From Octopus sinensis (taxonomy: Eukaryota), in the NCBI RefSeq assembly GCF_006345805.1, contig NC_043001.1:117614001-117678000 (forward strand): a DNA stretch of 64,000 bases, given 5' to 3'. Shown here in pieces: positions 22,118-35,649 of the stretch. How positions within the stretch are numbered: the stretch's first letter is position 1; the number at the start of each line of letters is the position of its first letter. The notes below the pieces were generated by a model that saw nothing but the letters and a program-made list of their open reading frames with translations, did no database searches and was not told the DNA's origin. Position numbers and translations under genes: made by a program.

Positions 22118-24150
22118 CTCTCTCCTCCTCACCACCACCACCTCTTTCTCCTCCTCTCTCATCTCCTCTCTCTCTCTATCTCTCCTCTCATCTCTTCTAT
22201 CTCCTCACCACAACCACCTCTTTTTCTCCCTCCTCTATCCTCTCTCTCTCTCATCTCTCATCCTATCCTCTCCTCTATCTCTCTCTCCTCACACCACCAC
22301 ATTTTCTCCCTCTCTCATATCCCCTCTCTTCTCTCTCTCTTCTCTCCTCTCCTCTCTCTCTCTCTCTCCTCACCACCACCAACCTCTTTCTCCCTCCTCT
22401 CATCTCCTCTCTTCTCTATCTCTCTCACACCTCCTATCCTCTATCTATTCTCTCATACTCAACACAACCACCTCTTTCTCCCTCCTCTCATCTCCTCTCT
22501 CTCTCTCTTCTCCCTCCTCTCCTCCTCTCTCTCTCTCACCACAACCACCTCTTTCTCCCTCCTCTCATCTCCTCTCTCTCTCTCTCTCTCCCTCCTCTCC
22601 TCTCTCTTCCTCTCCTCACCACCACCACCTCTTTCTCCCTCTCTCATCTCCTCTCTTCTCTCTCTCTCTCTCCTCTCCTCTCTCTCTCTCTCTCCTCAAC
22701 CACCACCACCTTTTTCTCCCTCCTCTCATCTCCTCTCCTCTCTCTCTCTCTCCCCCCTCCTTCTCTCTCTTCTCTCTCTCCTCACCACAACCACCTCTTT
22801 CTCCCTCCTCTCATCTCCTCTCTCTCTCTCTCTCTCCTCTCCTCTCCTCTCTCTCTTCTCCTCACCAAACACCCATCTTTCTCCCTCCTCTCCATCTCTC
22901 ACTCCTCTCTCTCTCTCTCTCTCCCTCCTCTCTCTCCTCTCTCTCTCTCTCCTCCACCACAACCACCTCTTCTCCCTCCTCTCCTTCATCTCCTCTCTCT
23001 CTCTCTCTCCCTCTCCTCTCCTCTCTCTCTCTCTCCTCACCACCACCACCTCTTTCTCCCTCCTCTCATCTCTCCTCTCTCTCCTCTCTCTCCCTCTCCT
23101 CTCCTCTCTCTCTCTTCTCTCCTCTCCTCTCCTCTCTCTCTCTCTCTCCTCACCACAACCACCTCCTCTTTCTCCCTCCTCTCATCTCCTCTCTCTCTCT
23201 CTCTCCCCCTCTCCCTCCTCTCTCTCTCTCTCTCACCACACACCACTCTTTCTCCCTCCTCTCATCTCCTCTCTCTCCTCTCTCTCTCCCTCTCTCTCCT
23301 CTCTCTCTCTCTCCTCACAACCACCACTCTTTCTCCCTCCTCTCATCTCCTCTCTCTCTCTCTCTCTCCTCTCCTCTCCTCTCTCTCTCTCTCCTCACCA
23401 CAACCACCTCTTTCTCCCTCCTCTCATCTCCTCTCTCTCTCTCTCTCTCTCCTCTCCTCTCTCTCTCTCTCCTCACCACCACCACCTCTTTCTCCCTCCT
23501 CTCATCTCCTCTCTCTCTCTCTCTCTCCCTCCTCCTCTCTCTCTCTCTCCTCACCACCACCACCTCTTTCTCCCTCCTCTCATCTCCTCTCTCTCTCTCT
23601 CTCCCTCTCTCTCCTCTCTCTCTATCTCACCACCACCCACCTATTTCTCCCCTCCTCTCATCTCCTCTCTCTCTCTCTCTCCCTCTCCTCTCCTCTCTCT
23701 CTCTCTCCTCACCACAACCACCTCTTTCTCCCTCCTCTCATCTCCTCTCTCTCTCTCTCTCTCCCTCTCCTCTCCTCTCTCTCTCTCTCCTCACCACAAC
23801 CACCTCTTTCTCCCTCCTCTCATCTCCTCTTCTCTCTCTCTCTCCCTCTCCTCTCCTCTCTCTCTCTCCCTCCTCTCTCTCTCTCTCCTCACCACCACCA
23901 CCTCTTTCTCCCTCCTCTCATCTCCTCTCTCTCCTCTCTCCCTCTCCTCTCCTCTCTCTCTCTCTTCTTCTCACCACAACCACCTCTTCTCCTCCTTCAT
24001 CTCCTCTCTCTCTCTTCCTCTCCCTCTCATCTCCTCTCCTCTCTCCTCACCACCACCACCTCTTTCTCCCTCCTCTCCTCTCTCTCTCTCTCTCCTCCTC
24101 ACCACCACCTTTTTCTCCCTCCTCTCCTCTCTCTCTCTCTCTCTCTCTCT
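22118..24150 (+). repeat. About 2-kb pure-pyrimidine-strand minisatellite (unit about 55-75 bp: CTCACCAC(A/C)ACCACCTCTTTCTCCCTCCTCTCATCTC(CT)n)
   Basis: The anchor ACCACCTCTTTCTCCCTCCTCTCATCTC recurs roughly 30 times between variable (CT)n; essentially no G on the plus strand. Confidence 0.95.
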
Positions 24151-24359
24151 CATCGCCACACCCACATATTTTTACTCTTCTTCATCACTATTTCACTCTT
24201 TTTATTTCTTTTCTCTTTCTCTCAATTTCGTTCATCCTTTTTCATTCTTTTTCATTCATTCTCCTCATCTTCTTTCTTCCTTTTCTTTCGCTATCCCCGT
24301 TTTTTATTATTTATTTTACTAATATTACCTTCTCTCTTACCTTCTATCTTCATTCCACC

Positions 24360-24454
24360 TTTATTTTATTTTCTCTCCTTCTTTCTTTCTTTCTTTCTCT
24401 CCTTCTTTCTTTTTTCTTTCTTTCTCTCCTTCTTTCTTTCTTTCTTTCTCTCCT

Positions 24455-24485
<31 letters not shown>

Positions 24486-24542
24486 CTCCTTCTTTCTTTC
24501 TTTCTTTCTTTCTCTCCTTCTTTCTTTCTTTCTTTCTCTCCT

Positions 24543-24573
<31 letters not shown>

Positions 24574-24590
24574 CTCCTTCTTCATTCATT
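24360..24590 (+). repeat. (TTTC)n with CTCC variants
   Basis: Direct read. Confidence 0.95.
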
Positions 24591-24729
24591 CATTCATGTA
24601 CTTACATCTTGCTGTCTAAGCTCGTCTGGTTATCTCGATGTGTGTCCCCCCTCCCGTTACCCACACCACACAATATTCCTATATATAAATAATTGGATAT
24701 GGAGGGGGAAAATGAACACCCACACACCT

Positions 24730-24731
24730 AC

Positions 24732-24762
<31 letters not shown>

Positions 24763-24969
24763 CATACATACATACATACACCACACACCTACATACATAT
24801 ACATACATACATACATACATACATACACACACACCTACATACATATGCATACATACATACATACATACATACATACATACATACATACGTACGTACATAC
24901 ATACATACATACATACACACACACCTACATACATACATACATACATACATACATACATACATACATACA

Positions 24970-25000
<31 letters not shown>
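24730..25000 (+). repeat. (TACA)n microsatellite
   Basis: Direct read. Confidence 0.97.
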
Positions 25001-25002
<2 letters not shown>

Positions 25003-25236
25003 TCCAATTCACGTGAGCCTTCTAAGCTATCTTAAGGTCTTAAGGAGCTTTCTGTCTATATATTTCTTAAATATATATGTGGTGCAGCTATTGTAAATCA
25101 GTCTGACACAGGATCTGTCCTCTCCCAGCGCCACCCCTCCGACCCTCAAACCTAACAAAATACTCCTCAATTGCACAGTGCTTCTGGCTTATTTTTTTTT
25201 ATAGAATTGCATCTTCTCAGTAGTATTTGCAGCGAT

Positions 25237-25394
<158 letters not shown>

Positions 25395-26194
25395 CTCAGA
25401 GCCAGCCCTTAGGTTGTTGCGCGATTCCGACCCTTACTCCCACCCGGGGCAAGCTGAATTTCGGTATTCTTACTGGTGTTTATTTATTTATTTATTTATT
25501 TATTCTGCTTCTTTGAATTTCCGCTCTGAGGAAAAACTGTAAAGGTAGAAATAAAGTGTTTGTTACAATAAACAATACAAAGAGAATAGTTCAAACATAG
25601 CATCATAGTTTCAATGTCCTTCAATTAAAATTACTAGGAGAGAAAGGGGTAGGTAGAGAGAGAGAGAGAGAGATAAGGAGAGAAGAGACAGATAAACAGA
25701 CAGACAGACAGAGATACAAAGAAAGAGGACGACAGACAGACAGATTCAAACTATATTACTGGCAATATTTTTGTTAAAAACACTGAGCAGAGAAAGTCCG
25801 AAAGTTGCAGCAGTTGACTCCCTGTAGATATAACGGTTTTTGTCTGAATAAGTTTCAAACTATCTACTAAAGAACAGATACTAAACAAAAATACATGCAT
25901 TATCCTAACTAAAATATGTTAATCTCGACTACAGATCTGTAAATATTTTCATAGCAGCACTTTCTATATCAATTTTTATTACAATAGCATTTTCTACTGA
26001 CAAAATTGCCAAAGAAACCAGTCCGTCTGTGTATTTGGAAGATCTCGAACGCATGATATTGCGACCCTAGCACGTGGCGCCCAGGCGACTGCTCGAGTTG
26101 TCACGACTTCAGCCAAATCCTGAGTGACTATTGTTGCTATTTCACCCATGAGCAAAGACGGAACTGTCTCGTCCTTGTAAGAACTTTGTAAGAA

Positions 26195-26395
26195 GAATCA
26201 TTGGCGCGTCGGATAAAATGCTCAGCGGCATTTCTTCTGGTTTTACGTTCTGAGTTCAAATTCTGCCAACGTCATCTGTGCCTTTCATCCTTTCGGGGTC
26301 GATGAAATAAGTACTAATTGAGCACCTGAGTTAATGTAATCGACGATCAGCCGCTTCCTTAAGAATGCCTACACCTTGTGCCTATAAGTAAATAG
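26195..26395 (+). mobile_element. SINE family D, diverged
   Basis: CGTTCTGAGTTCAAATTCTGCC...GCCTTTCATCCTTTCGGGGTCGATGAAATAAGTAC. Confidence 0.8.
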
Positions 26396-26982
26396 GATTG
26401 TTGAGCGTTTGTTCTTTTTTAAGAGAAAAGCGTGAAGTTGCCGAAGATTTGGCTGTTATTTTTAGCTGTAGGAACAACTACTTAGAAGCTCTACGTTTAT
26501 ATGGCTGGTACTCATGTCAAGATACAAGAAGTGGACTGGATGTCATAGACGTATTTGAAACTCCTGCCTTTAAGACCTGAGCAACAAAAACAACGACAGA
26601 AAATACTTGAAAAATTAATTCAGATGGTTGGCACCACATTAACTTTCTTTATCAACGCTGTTGACATGAAATAGAAAGGTAGTGTCTAGCCGCAATATTA
26701 TTATCTTTTATCTATTACATCTTACTTGCCCAAGGTACGACACATTGGGGCTCAACTCGCAACCACGTGGTTTCAAAGCGCACTTTTCACATAACCATGC
26801 CTGCGCCTATATATAGTTAATAAAAGAAAAGAACTTGCATGTATGCCTTTATAAAAATACTTAAGCTGTGCCTATAACTCCTTCCTACACCTCCACAAAG
26901 TATATATACAGTTTGTTACATAGATGGCATTTCGTTCACGATATTCTCCTGCTCTATAATTGTTCCAACGTTACATTAATTA

Positions 26983-27123
26983 TAAGGTTGTCCCAAAAGT
27001 TCGTACAAAGTCTTGGAAAATAATGGTCTTTATTTTGAGGAATAATTTTTGTTGTTTTTGTTAGTACTTGGCGAGTAAAAATTCAATTTTCGCAAGTGTT
27101 TACGAACTTTTGGGACAACCTAA
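26983..27123 (-). mobile_element. 141-bp Tc1/mariner-type MITE, copy 2
   Basis: Reverse complement of 12443-12583 with one substitution; TA flanks at 26981-82 and 27124-25. Confidence 0.92.
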
Positions 27124-27719
27124 TATTTAGAAAATAAAAACAATAGACTTGAAATCGGGCATCATCAAATAAAGTATTTCCTTTCCAGTAACACAAGAAA
27201 TGCAACCAAACGCAACATTAATCATCATAATCAGCGTGAAATTGTTGAAACAATTGTAAACGATGAAATGAAAATGATATCGCAGAGCCGAACCTTCAAT
27301 GTTTATTATTTATACTTTACGGTGGGTGAATGCCGGACGAATGGCCAGTGTGAAAGGACCAATTCTGAGTATACACCTGTGAAGAAATAAAAAGAAAAGG
27401 ACTCTTGCTCTGTTGGTCAGGTTTCCGTGGCTTTTGTGGGCTTTTTCCACGAGGACCTTTAAAGCGCCTCTCCTATTGAGAGTTTTACGTTGTCCAATTT
27501 TTTTATTTTGTGTTGATTACACGAGGAAAACCTTTTGTATCATCTTGTGTTGTCTTTTAATGTTATTGTAAGTCCTTTATTGTGGCCTATAAACAAATGA
27601 ATTGTACTCAACGGCGGCAAAGTAATATGAATATTCTCTTCACAATTTTCAGATATCCACTGTCCGTAGAAGTGTTTCTCAAGGTAAACTCATACATTAT
27701 GATTATCTTATCCCAACAA

Positions 27720-27754
27720 ACCTCCTCCTCCTCCTCCTCCTCCTACTACTACTA

Positions 27755-27792
<38 letters not shown>

Positions 27793-27801
27793 CTACTACT
27801 A

Positions 27802-27843
<42 letters not shown>
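27720..27843 (+). repeat. (CTC)n/(CTA)n tract
   Basis: Direct read. Confidence 0.95.
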
Positions 27844-28335
27844 TACGCGCGCGCACGCACGCACACACACATACAATTACAATGAGTTACATACAGTACC
27901 TTTACAAAATTTACAGTACACAAAGAAGATATAGTAAAGAAAAGGGAACCGCATGCGAACATACTTAGAGCATCGGCAGGTACCACATTCAGTTAAGAGA
28001 AGAAAAAAACAACAATAATAATAATGTGCAAACAACACGTTAAAACCGCGATAGATTATGTCAGTCCTGCCCTCTAGTTTCTCCACGATATAATACACGG
28101 AACACAAACCAGCGTACAACGCGCCACCACATACTGTACGTTCATATCGCGAAGGTACACATAGTGTACCTTCACATCGAAGCAAAATTGCTAAACATTA
28201 AGAGCCACTTGGATGTGTGAGGGTCAGTTTGTTGCCGCATTAAGCTTTAAGCTTACACTATCATTTCCACCGTATGAAAAGCCACATTCAAACACCACCA
28301 CCTATATTTGCTAAACCTCGCTAAGATAAATATTT

Positions 28336-28411
28336 CAATTACCTGAAGATTGACTGTAACCATAACTCGAATTATTACGAATTGGACAGCCATGAAACGA
28401 TCGTAGTGTTT
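28336..28411 (+). ncRNA. Minimal type I hammerhead-like ribozyme of Penelope pLTR type
   Basis: CUGAAGA 28343-49; stem II UGACUGU/ACAGCCA (one mismatch, U.U at the base); GAAAC-GAUC-GUA with perfect palindrome ACGAUCGU; cleavage after A28405; weak stem I AAUUAC/GUGUUU. Confidence 0.6.
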
Positions 28412-28521
28412 TACTCATTATCTTTTATTAAACTTTTAATACTTTTGATATATATTTAAAATAATATAAATTATGCCCACCACAGTAGTCAGCTAAATGA
28501 AGACATGGTATATCTGGTAAT

Positions 28522-28614
<93 letters not shown>

Positions 28615-28616
28615 CA

Positions 28617-28687
<71 letters not shown>

Positions 28688-30253
28688 GTATATGAGTTAC
28701 ACCACATTGCTTTTCATAGGTCTGTTTCTATTAAAACTGACTAAGGGTAACACAACCTCAATTGACCATTGGTCAATAGTTTCAAAAGTAGCAATCATAA
28801 ATTGAAAACTAACTTATCAAAAATATTGCTAATCTGTTAAAGCTGGAGTTGTGGCAACGCGTCGTCCGTAACCCACAAGTTGACCATGTTAGTTTGCTTT
28901 TTTTTTCTTTTTCTTTTAGATTTTTACTAAAGCAATTACAAATTTGTACTTTTGGGTAATTGAACACTTGATGGCTTATAAATGATTTTTGTACCACGAT
29001 TTTTGCTTACATAAGCATTACCAGTCATGAAAATTGGAGCATGATATCACGGGATATTTTTATAGACTTGATATTATATGATATACTTACGAGCAATAAG
29101 CAGAGGCTAGAAAAATATTTTTTTTAAATTGTCGATTTTTGGTGCTTGGACTTCACTAACAAGATTCGCGATTTTACTGAGGATAGTACTACATTTCTTA
29201 GTTCCTGATTCTACCAACTTATGCTCAACGTCCATATTTCTAACTTTTCAGTACAATATAAGCAAAAGATAATAATTAAGCACATAAAAATATTTTACAA
29301 GTTGATCAAGCTTCTACTTCCATCTCAACTCCGTTTATGATACGAAATTATTTAATGTAATACATGTGTATAAGTGTATATTTTGTATATTGAATAAGAT
29401 GTACACTTTATTTTTAGGAATATACACCTCTCTCTCTCTCTCTCTCTCTCTCATACTTATATAATCATACATGCTTCTTTCCTTCATACGTGTGTGTGTT
29501 GAGAGAGAAAGAGAGAATGTGTTTATGAATGACTGTGAACGTATATCTATATATATAACAGATGTGTGTATATATTATATATATTACATAGGTTATAAAT
29601 TTCAATTCCGTGTTAATTCCCTTCGATAACCTCAGCATACGAAATAATCAAATGAAAGTTACTTCCCTGTATTACGTGACCCCATTACAAGGTATGTAAC
29701 AGAATGTGAAAGCAACACGTGTTATCTCCCTTAACAACCTTGCTCATCATTTCAACTGGTTTCTTTTTACTATTTGAGCTGTTTCTAATAAAATATAAAT
29801 AGCAGTAATTTTCTTATTAATATTATTTTTATTTCTATTACTAATATTTTTCATTTTCTTCCTTTCTTTCTTTTCCTTTTCTCCCTTTCTTTGTTATATT
29901 TGAGCACATATTTTTATTCTTTAACTCAAATACAAGCAAATTTATTCATACATAAAAAATATTTAATCCTTCATAAAACACGAAGGAAACATCTACGTCG
30001 TCGCTCCGTCTGCTAACAACAACAGCTAAATCTCCTTAGGTTAGATGATGTGATCCTAGCATCCCTGTGAATAGTTCCAGGTATGTGTTAGCTCGTGCAG
30101 AAACGCACAAAGACACAAGCGCACATCTACACCACATACACACATATATACAATCATATATATATATATATAGAGAGAGAGAGATAGAGAGAGAGAGAGA
30201 CAGACAGAGACAGAGAGAAAGATGCATAGTTCATATATACATATACACACATT

Positions 30254-30299
<46 letters not shown>

Positions 30300-30358
30300 T
30301 ATACAAACATATATACATATATATATATGTATGTATATATACACACACATATACATAT

Positions 30359-30369
<11 letters not shown>

Positions 30370-30446
<77 letters not shown>

Positions 30447-30467
30447 GGATAGATGGGTAGATAGATA
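30370..30467 (+). repeat. (GATA)n, left part of a tract split by a LINE insertion
   Basis: Direct read; continues at 31342-31460. Confidence 0.95.
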
Positions 30468-31341
30468 AGTTTCTTTATTGGCCACACAGGGCTGCACACA
30501 GATGGGACAAGTTACAAGGTAGAGCTTTTCTTTTGGGGGATGAAGAAAACAAAAAAAAGGGGGGGCGTAGGTTTTCGATCAAGAGGGATCGTTAAAGGGA
30601 AGAAAAGAACAAAAAAATAAGTAAATAAATAAATAAAATAAAAAATAAAAAGAAGAAAGAAGAAAGAAAAGGAAAGGAACAAGAGAAAAGAGAAATGAAA
30701 AAAGAAGAAAAAGGGGAAAAAAAGGGGAAGAGGAAAAAAAAGAACGATCAATAGGGATCGTGTATCACAGTGTTAGTGATATATGGTTGTAAAGGGGAAA
30801 GCAGTAAGGTTTATCCGTGGGAAGAAAAGCCTACGAAAAAGACCACGGTAACCTTGCTCAATATTGTTATATGTTACCACATTTGTTTGCAAGTTGGTAA
30901 CCCTCTGTTTTCAATTCTGGGTTCATAGGATTATGCTCAAGTGGCTTCGTCCATTCATACGTGCATCCTTGCTCACATTCACCCATCTTTTTTTTAAACA
31001 TTCGCTAGACAAAACTTGCCTCTCTACTCTCACTTTCCTTTTCAAGTGGTACTTGAAGAAGTTGATGAGAGATTGACCAGAGAGGAAAGTGTTTGTCTCC
31101 AATCCTTTCAGACGCGTCCACCAGATACATTCTTTCGCCATAGCCACAAGGATTATGAAAATAGCTCTTCCTTCCCGTTTGAAGGAAGGAGGCGTGACAA
31201 TATTGACGATAGACTCAGCTGATAAACTGACTCGTCCCACACGTGACAGCAGTTGTTCGACATAAGCCCACAGGTCGGAAATTATTGGACACTGCACGAG
31301 TGCGTGCAGAACGGTTTCGTCGCTCTGACCGCATCTCGGGC
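30468..31341 (-). mobile_element. 5'-truncated Tx1/L1-clade LINE 3' end with 17-bp TSD
   Basis: CPRCGQSDETVLHALVQCP zinc knuckle and downstream ORF2 C-terminus (same family as 52.5-56 kb); T-rich 3' UTR ending AATAAAGAAAC; AGATGGGTAGATAGATA duplicated at 30451-30467 and 31342-31358. Confidence 0.9.
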
Positions 31342-31348
31342 AGATGGG

Positions 31349-31460
<112 letters not shown>

Positions 31461-31462
31461 CA

Positions 31463-31703
31463 CAAGGTGGCCTAAAAGTAGGTTTGTAGCTATCATGTAG
31501 GCACTTTAAATCTCTTTTAAAATATTTTATTACATTTAAATTTCAATCTTACGAACTGGAAAGGGAGTTTGACAAGATTAACTAGATTAACATAGAATAA
31601 TTGTTTCATATTTTTTATATATATAATTAAGTTCTAAACTGCTAATATATGAATGCGAAAGAGATACTTGAATAACTGTAAACCTACTTTTGGGGCCACC
31701 CTG
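31463..31703. mobile_element. About 240-bp Tc1/mariner MITE
   Basis: Imperfect TIRs CAAGGTGGCCTAAAAGTAGGTTT (31463-85) / AAACCTACTTTTGGGGCCACCCTG (31680-703). Confidence 0.8.
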
Positions 31704-31757
31704 CATATATATAATACATACACATATATAGGCATACATGCATACATGCATACATAC

Positions 31758-31799
<42 letters not shown>

Positions 31800-31944
31800 A
31801 TACATATATATACATATACAAAATAATAACACCATAATACATACATACATTACACACATTACATACATACATACATACATACATACGTACATACATACAT
31901 ACATACATACATACATACATACATACGTATACATACATGCATGC

Positions 31945-31976
<32 letters not shown>

Positions 31977-32227
31977 CAGTGTGCGATGACTATATTGTTG
32001 CCATTTTACACTTTTAGTTTCGTGCATGCGCATTGTTTGTTTTTGATTTTGTTGACTACACAGTATAGTAGGGTCAGTTGGGCACCGTCTGTGAAAAAAA
32101 CAGCATCATGACACAATTCACTCTGTCTAAATTTTGATTTTACATGCTGTACTGCCTGGCGTTTGCACCGGGAGCTCCAATACGAACATATCAGAGTGTT
32201 GGGTGTCAATTTGAGTCCCCGAAATAT

Positions 32228-32855
32228 GTACCATGAATGATAAAAATCAAACATCCTGTCAGCATCATATTGTTTGGAGTGATCACTAATGATAGCGATG
32301 TTATGCCTCCACTCATCTTCCCACACAGCCTCACACTCAACATGGAGGCCTACATCAAGTGCCTGGAGGAGGCAGTGCTACTCTGAGTGAAGAGGGTGGT
32401 TACTGGAAGACCTATGTCTAGCAACAGGACTCTGCACCCTGACACACATGCAGGAGAACCCAGTCATGGCTGTCAGATAATTCCTGAAACCACATCACCC
32501 CCTAACATCTAACCACCTAACTCTCCAGACTGCAACCCCACTTGATTATTATGTGTGGGGCGTAGTTGAGCGAGAAACCAACAAAACTCCTTGTAACACC
32601 AAAGATGAACTGAAGGCAAGGATTATAGCAGCATTCACCAACTTAAACAAGGAGACCGTCCAGAAGAGTCGCAGGAGATTCCAAAGTCGTCTGGAAGTTG
32701 TGGTTGAAGCCAATGGTGACTTTATTGAAAAAATTTACTCATTAGTATTTCAAGATATTTTTATGTAATTTTGATAAATATTTCTGCTAAAATGTGATGT
32801 CAGTGTTATTACCATTTTTGCGTAATTTAGACGACAATTCATTCACCGCACCTTG
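32228..32855 (+). pseudogene. Tc1/mariner transposase C-terminal relic (maT/DD37D-like) with right TIR
   Basis: KHPVSIILFGVIT..DVMPP, QQDSAP, PPNSPDCNPLDYYVWG, RFQSRLEVVVEANGDFIE, with in-frame stops; terminal CATTCACCGCACCTTG-TA. Confidence 0.85.
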
Positions 32856-32945
32856 TACACACATACACACACACACACGTGTACATATATATATATATAT
32901 ATATTATAATATATATATATATTATATATATATATATAATTTATT

Positions 32946-34154
32946 CAGGGTGGGTGAAAAGTAAGTAGGCATTAAACATTGGTAATAAAATCCATATTCC
33001 TTTTACAAATGTATTGAAATAAATGATACATGTTCTTTATTACATGGGAAAATGAAAGAAAATCTTCATATTTCAGCGTAAGCACTGGTGACGTCAATCA
33101 GTTTCCTCAAACGGCCAGAGATGGAATGAACAACTCTCTGAAGGATGTCGTCTGGGATATCATTGAGAAATCTCCTGAATCCGTGTCTCCATATCCTCCA
33201 GTGTGGGAAAGGTATTATAACAGCCCAGTCTTGTTACTCCAGAGGTTATTTTCAAACAATTCATGTCAATTTCATACCAACCTAGCATTAATTATCCATA
33301 TTCCATGCGGTCACAGTCTTCAGGTTTGAGCTCCTGCACATAATAGAGTTTCCATGGACGAATATTCAATTCTTTATGCAACACCCTACGTATTGTGTGT
33401 CTTGTTTGTCCATTCTCACGAGCTGTTTGGTGTGTTGATTTTTGCGGGCTGTGATTAAACATCTCCTACACTATTGCCTCGTTGTTCTCCTCTGATCGGG
33501 ATGTGATTGGACGGCCATTTCTTCATGCATCGCTCACAAAGCCCGTGGTCATCAGCTTTGCATGACAACTTTTTATTATCTCCGTACGTAATGTTGCATG
33601 TCTACCTTTCCATGCACGCAACCATCTCTGAACCAAAACAATAGAATTCCACACTTCATAGCGTGCTGCTCTCTTAGCTCGCTCCTGAACAGTCAAGCGA
33701 CCGGCCAACGGGGTAATAAGAAATCTTTATATATAAAAGTGAAGTTGTGTGTCTGTCTCCTACGATTTAGATTCCTAACTACTCCCACATTTTGCGGTGC
33801 AGTTTAACCAAAACCGGGTATCTTATAGTTGTGATTCATATCGAGCCCTTCTGGGTATTAGCGCGCGTCTATGATGAGTCTACGATTTAAAAAATATTTA
33901 CCATCATTTTTTCCCATTTTTAATGCATTTTTTGCTATTATATAAGGAAAGTAACTCTCTAAAAATGCTTATATAGTTATTTCCATTACAAACCCGAGCA
34001 AAGCCGGGCGATACTGCTAGTAAAAAATAAGACAATAAAAGAATAAAACTACCCATTACGGCTGTCTGTTTAAAAGATATTTTCGTCATTACTTTAGTGA
34101 TACTAAAAGTTCTACAAGCAATTTTTAATGCCTTGTTACTTTCCACCCACCAAG
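32946..34154 (-). mobile_element. Internally deleted Tc1/mariner-superfamily element (DUF4817-like N-terminus) with a nested Helitron
   Basis: TIRs CAGGGTGGGTGAAAAGTAAGTAGGCATT (32946) / AATGCCTTGTTACTTTCCACCCACCAAG (to 34154, then TA). ORF AGRLTVQERAK.AARYEVWNSIVLVQRW...KLMTTGFV, then RNGRP and RPWK. Confidence 0.78.
33724..34020 (+). mobile_element. Non-autonomous Helitron, copy 1
   Basis: 5' TCTTTATATATAAAAGTG; 3' hairpin CCCGAGCAAAGCCGGG then CTAG; inserted between A and T, no TSD. Confidence 0.88.
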
Positions 34155-35129
34155 TATGTATATATTTATTTTCGCCATAAACTAAATATATCGAGGAAAT
34201 AATCTTATTGTTAAAAAACTTTTCTTCAAAACGTAATATAGATCAATTCCACATTATTATATTTCTATGACAATCACGTAAGTGGTACTACCCCTTTAAT
34301 ACATCTTTACTCAAGTTTGTACGTATTTCGTAAGGTTCATTTAAAAAAGAATTATCTAGATGCTTTTAGATAACGAAAGCAACATGTAATAACTATATTG
34401 ACTACTGATGTAATACTTAAATTATTTATGCAATATTTAAATTTTAAAAAACTATATAAACTATAAATCAATTTCACGTGCTAGTACTAGCTTCCTATTT
34501 ACTTGAAAACATAGTCGAAATGACAGATGACGGTTAACACATTTTTAAATATGTATTTCAAATAAAATAGCTCTTTATTTGGTATTTCTGAACGTGCATA
34601 CACATACTTCTTGACCAGTATTTTCTATAGTGAGTTTTTTAAATAGATATATATTGGATTTAATAGCAAGGAAGTCAAAAATTTAAAATTAGAAATGTAA
34701 CCAACCAAGTCCTTTAATGTTTTTAGTCTCGATTCAAATAATTGTGAGTGGAAGAATGAATATACAAATACTTAAATAATAATGATATCTAAGAAAAAAT
34801 TATATATATATATATATATATAACGTTATGCATATAGCTATCTATCTATCTACCTACCTCTGTGTGTGTGTGCACGCGCACGCTGTAAGTAAGAAATTCT
34901 TGTGTCCCATCACGAATATCTGGCTATAAGAACGTAGAAGGGCGTTTAGACAGTAATATAGACAATACTATAGTACTAGATACTCAGAGCTTGAAAAGGG
35001 AAAACACAGAAGAGTAGCGATTCGAATGGATTTGATCACACGTGAAGGCAAACACGCGACCGAGAACATAATATATAACCTATAAAAGATGTTTTATATA
35101 TATATTATATATATCAGTTCCAGTGCGTG

Positions 35130-35420
35130 ACATCTTGGGTAAGTGTTTTCTACTATAGCCTCGGGCCGACCAAAGCCTTGTGAGTGGATTTCGTAGATAG
35201 AATGTATGTATATGTTTGTGTGTCTGTGTTTGTCCCACCAACATCGCTTGACAACCGATGGTGGTGTGTTTGCGTTCACGTAACTTATCGGTTCGGCAAA
35301 AGCCTCCGATAGAATAAGTACTAGGCTCACAAAGAATAAGTCCTGGGGTTGATTTGCTCAACTAAAGGCAGTGCTCCAGCATGGCCACAGTCAAATGCCT
35401 GAAACAAATAAAAGAATATA
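35130..35420 (+). mobile_element. SINE family A (body and tail)
   Basis: CTTGGGTAAGTGTTTTCTACTATAGCCTCGGGCCGACCAAAGCC...GCATGGCCACAGTCAAATG.CTGAAACAAATAAAAGAA. Confidence 0.88.
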
Positions 35421-35590
35421 TATACGGCGTCGTATTTATTACGATTGCTATTTTCCAGTAAATATTGGTGCCTTGTACCATTTATCTACTTTTATATATA
35501 TATATATATTATATATATATATAGATATATATATATATATATATGCATGAGAACTTTCTATTATATATCGTCCCTCCCCGCTTTTCTATC

Positions 35591-35649
<59 letters not shown>

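Noticed and set aside
26075-26083. TGGCGCCCA as a tRNA-Lys primer-binding site
   Set aside because: Only 9 nt match, no adjacent TG...CA LTR and no gag/pol sequence.
28150-28173. 9-bp hairpin GAAGGTACA-CATAG-TGTACCTTC
   Set aside because: An isolated short inverted repeat is expected by chance in 64 kb; no supporting context.
30040-30080. 41-nt segment with good acceptor and donor sites
   Set aside because: Stops in all three frames; cannot be supported as a coding exon without transcript data.
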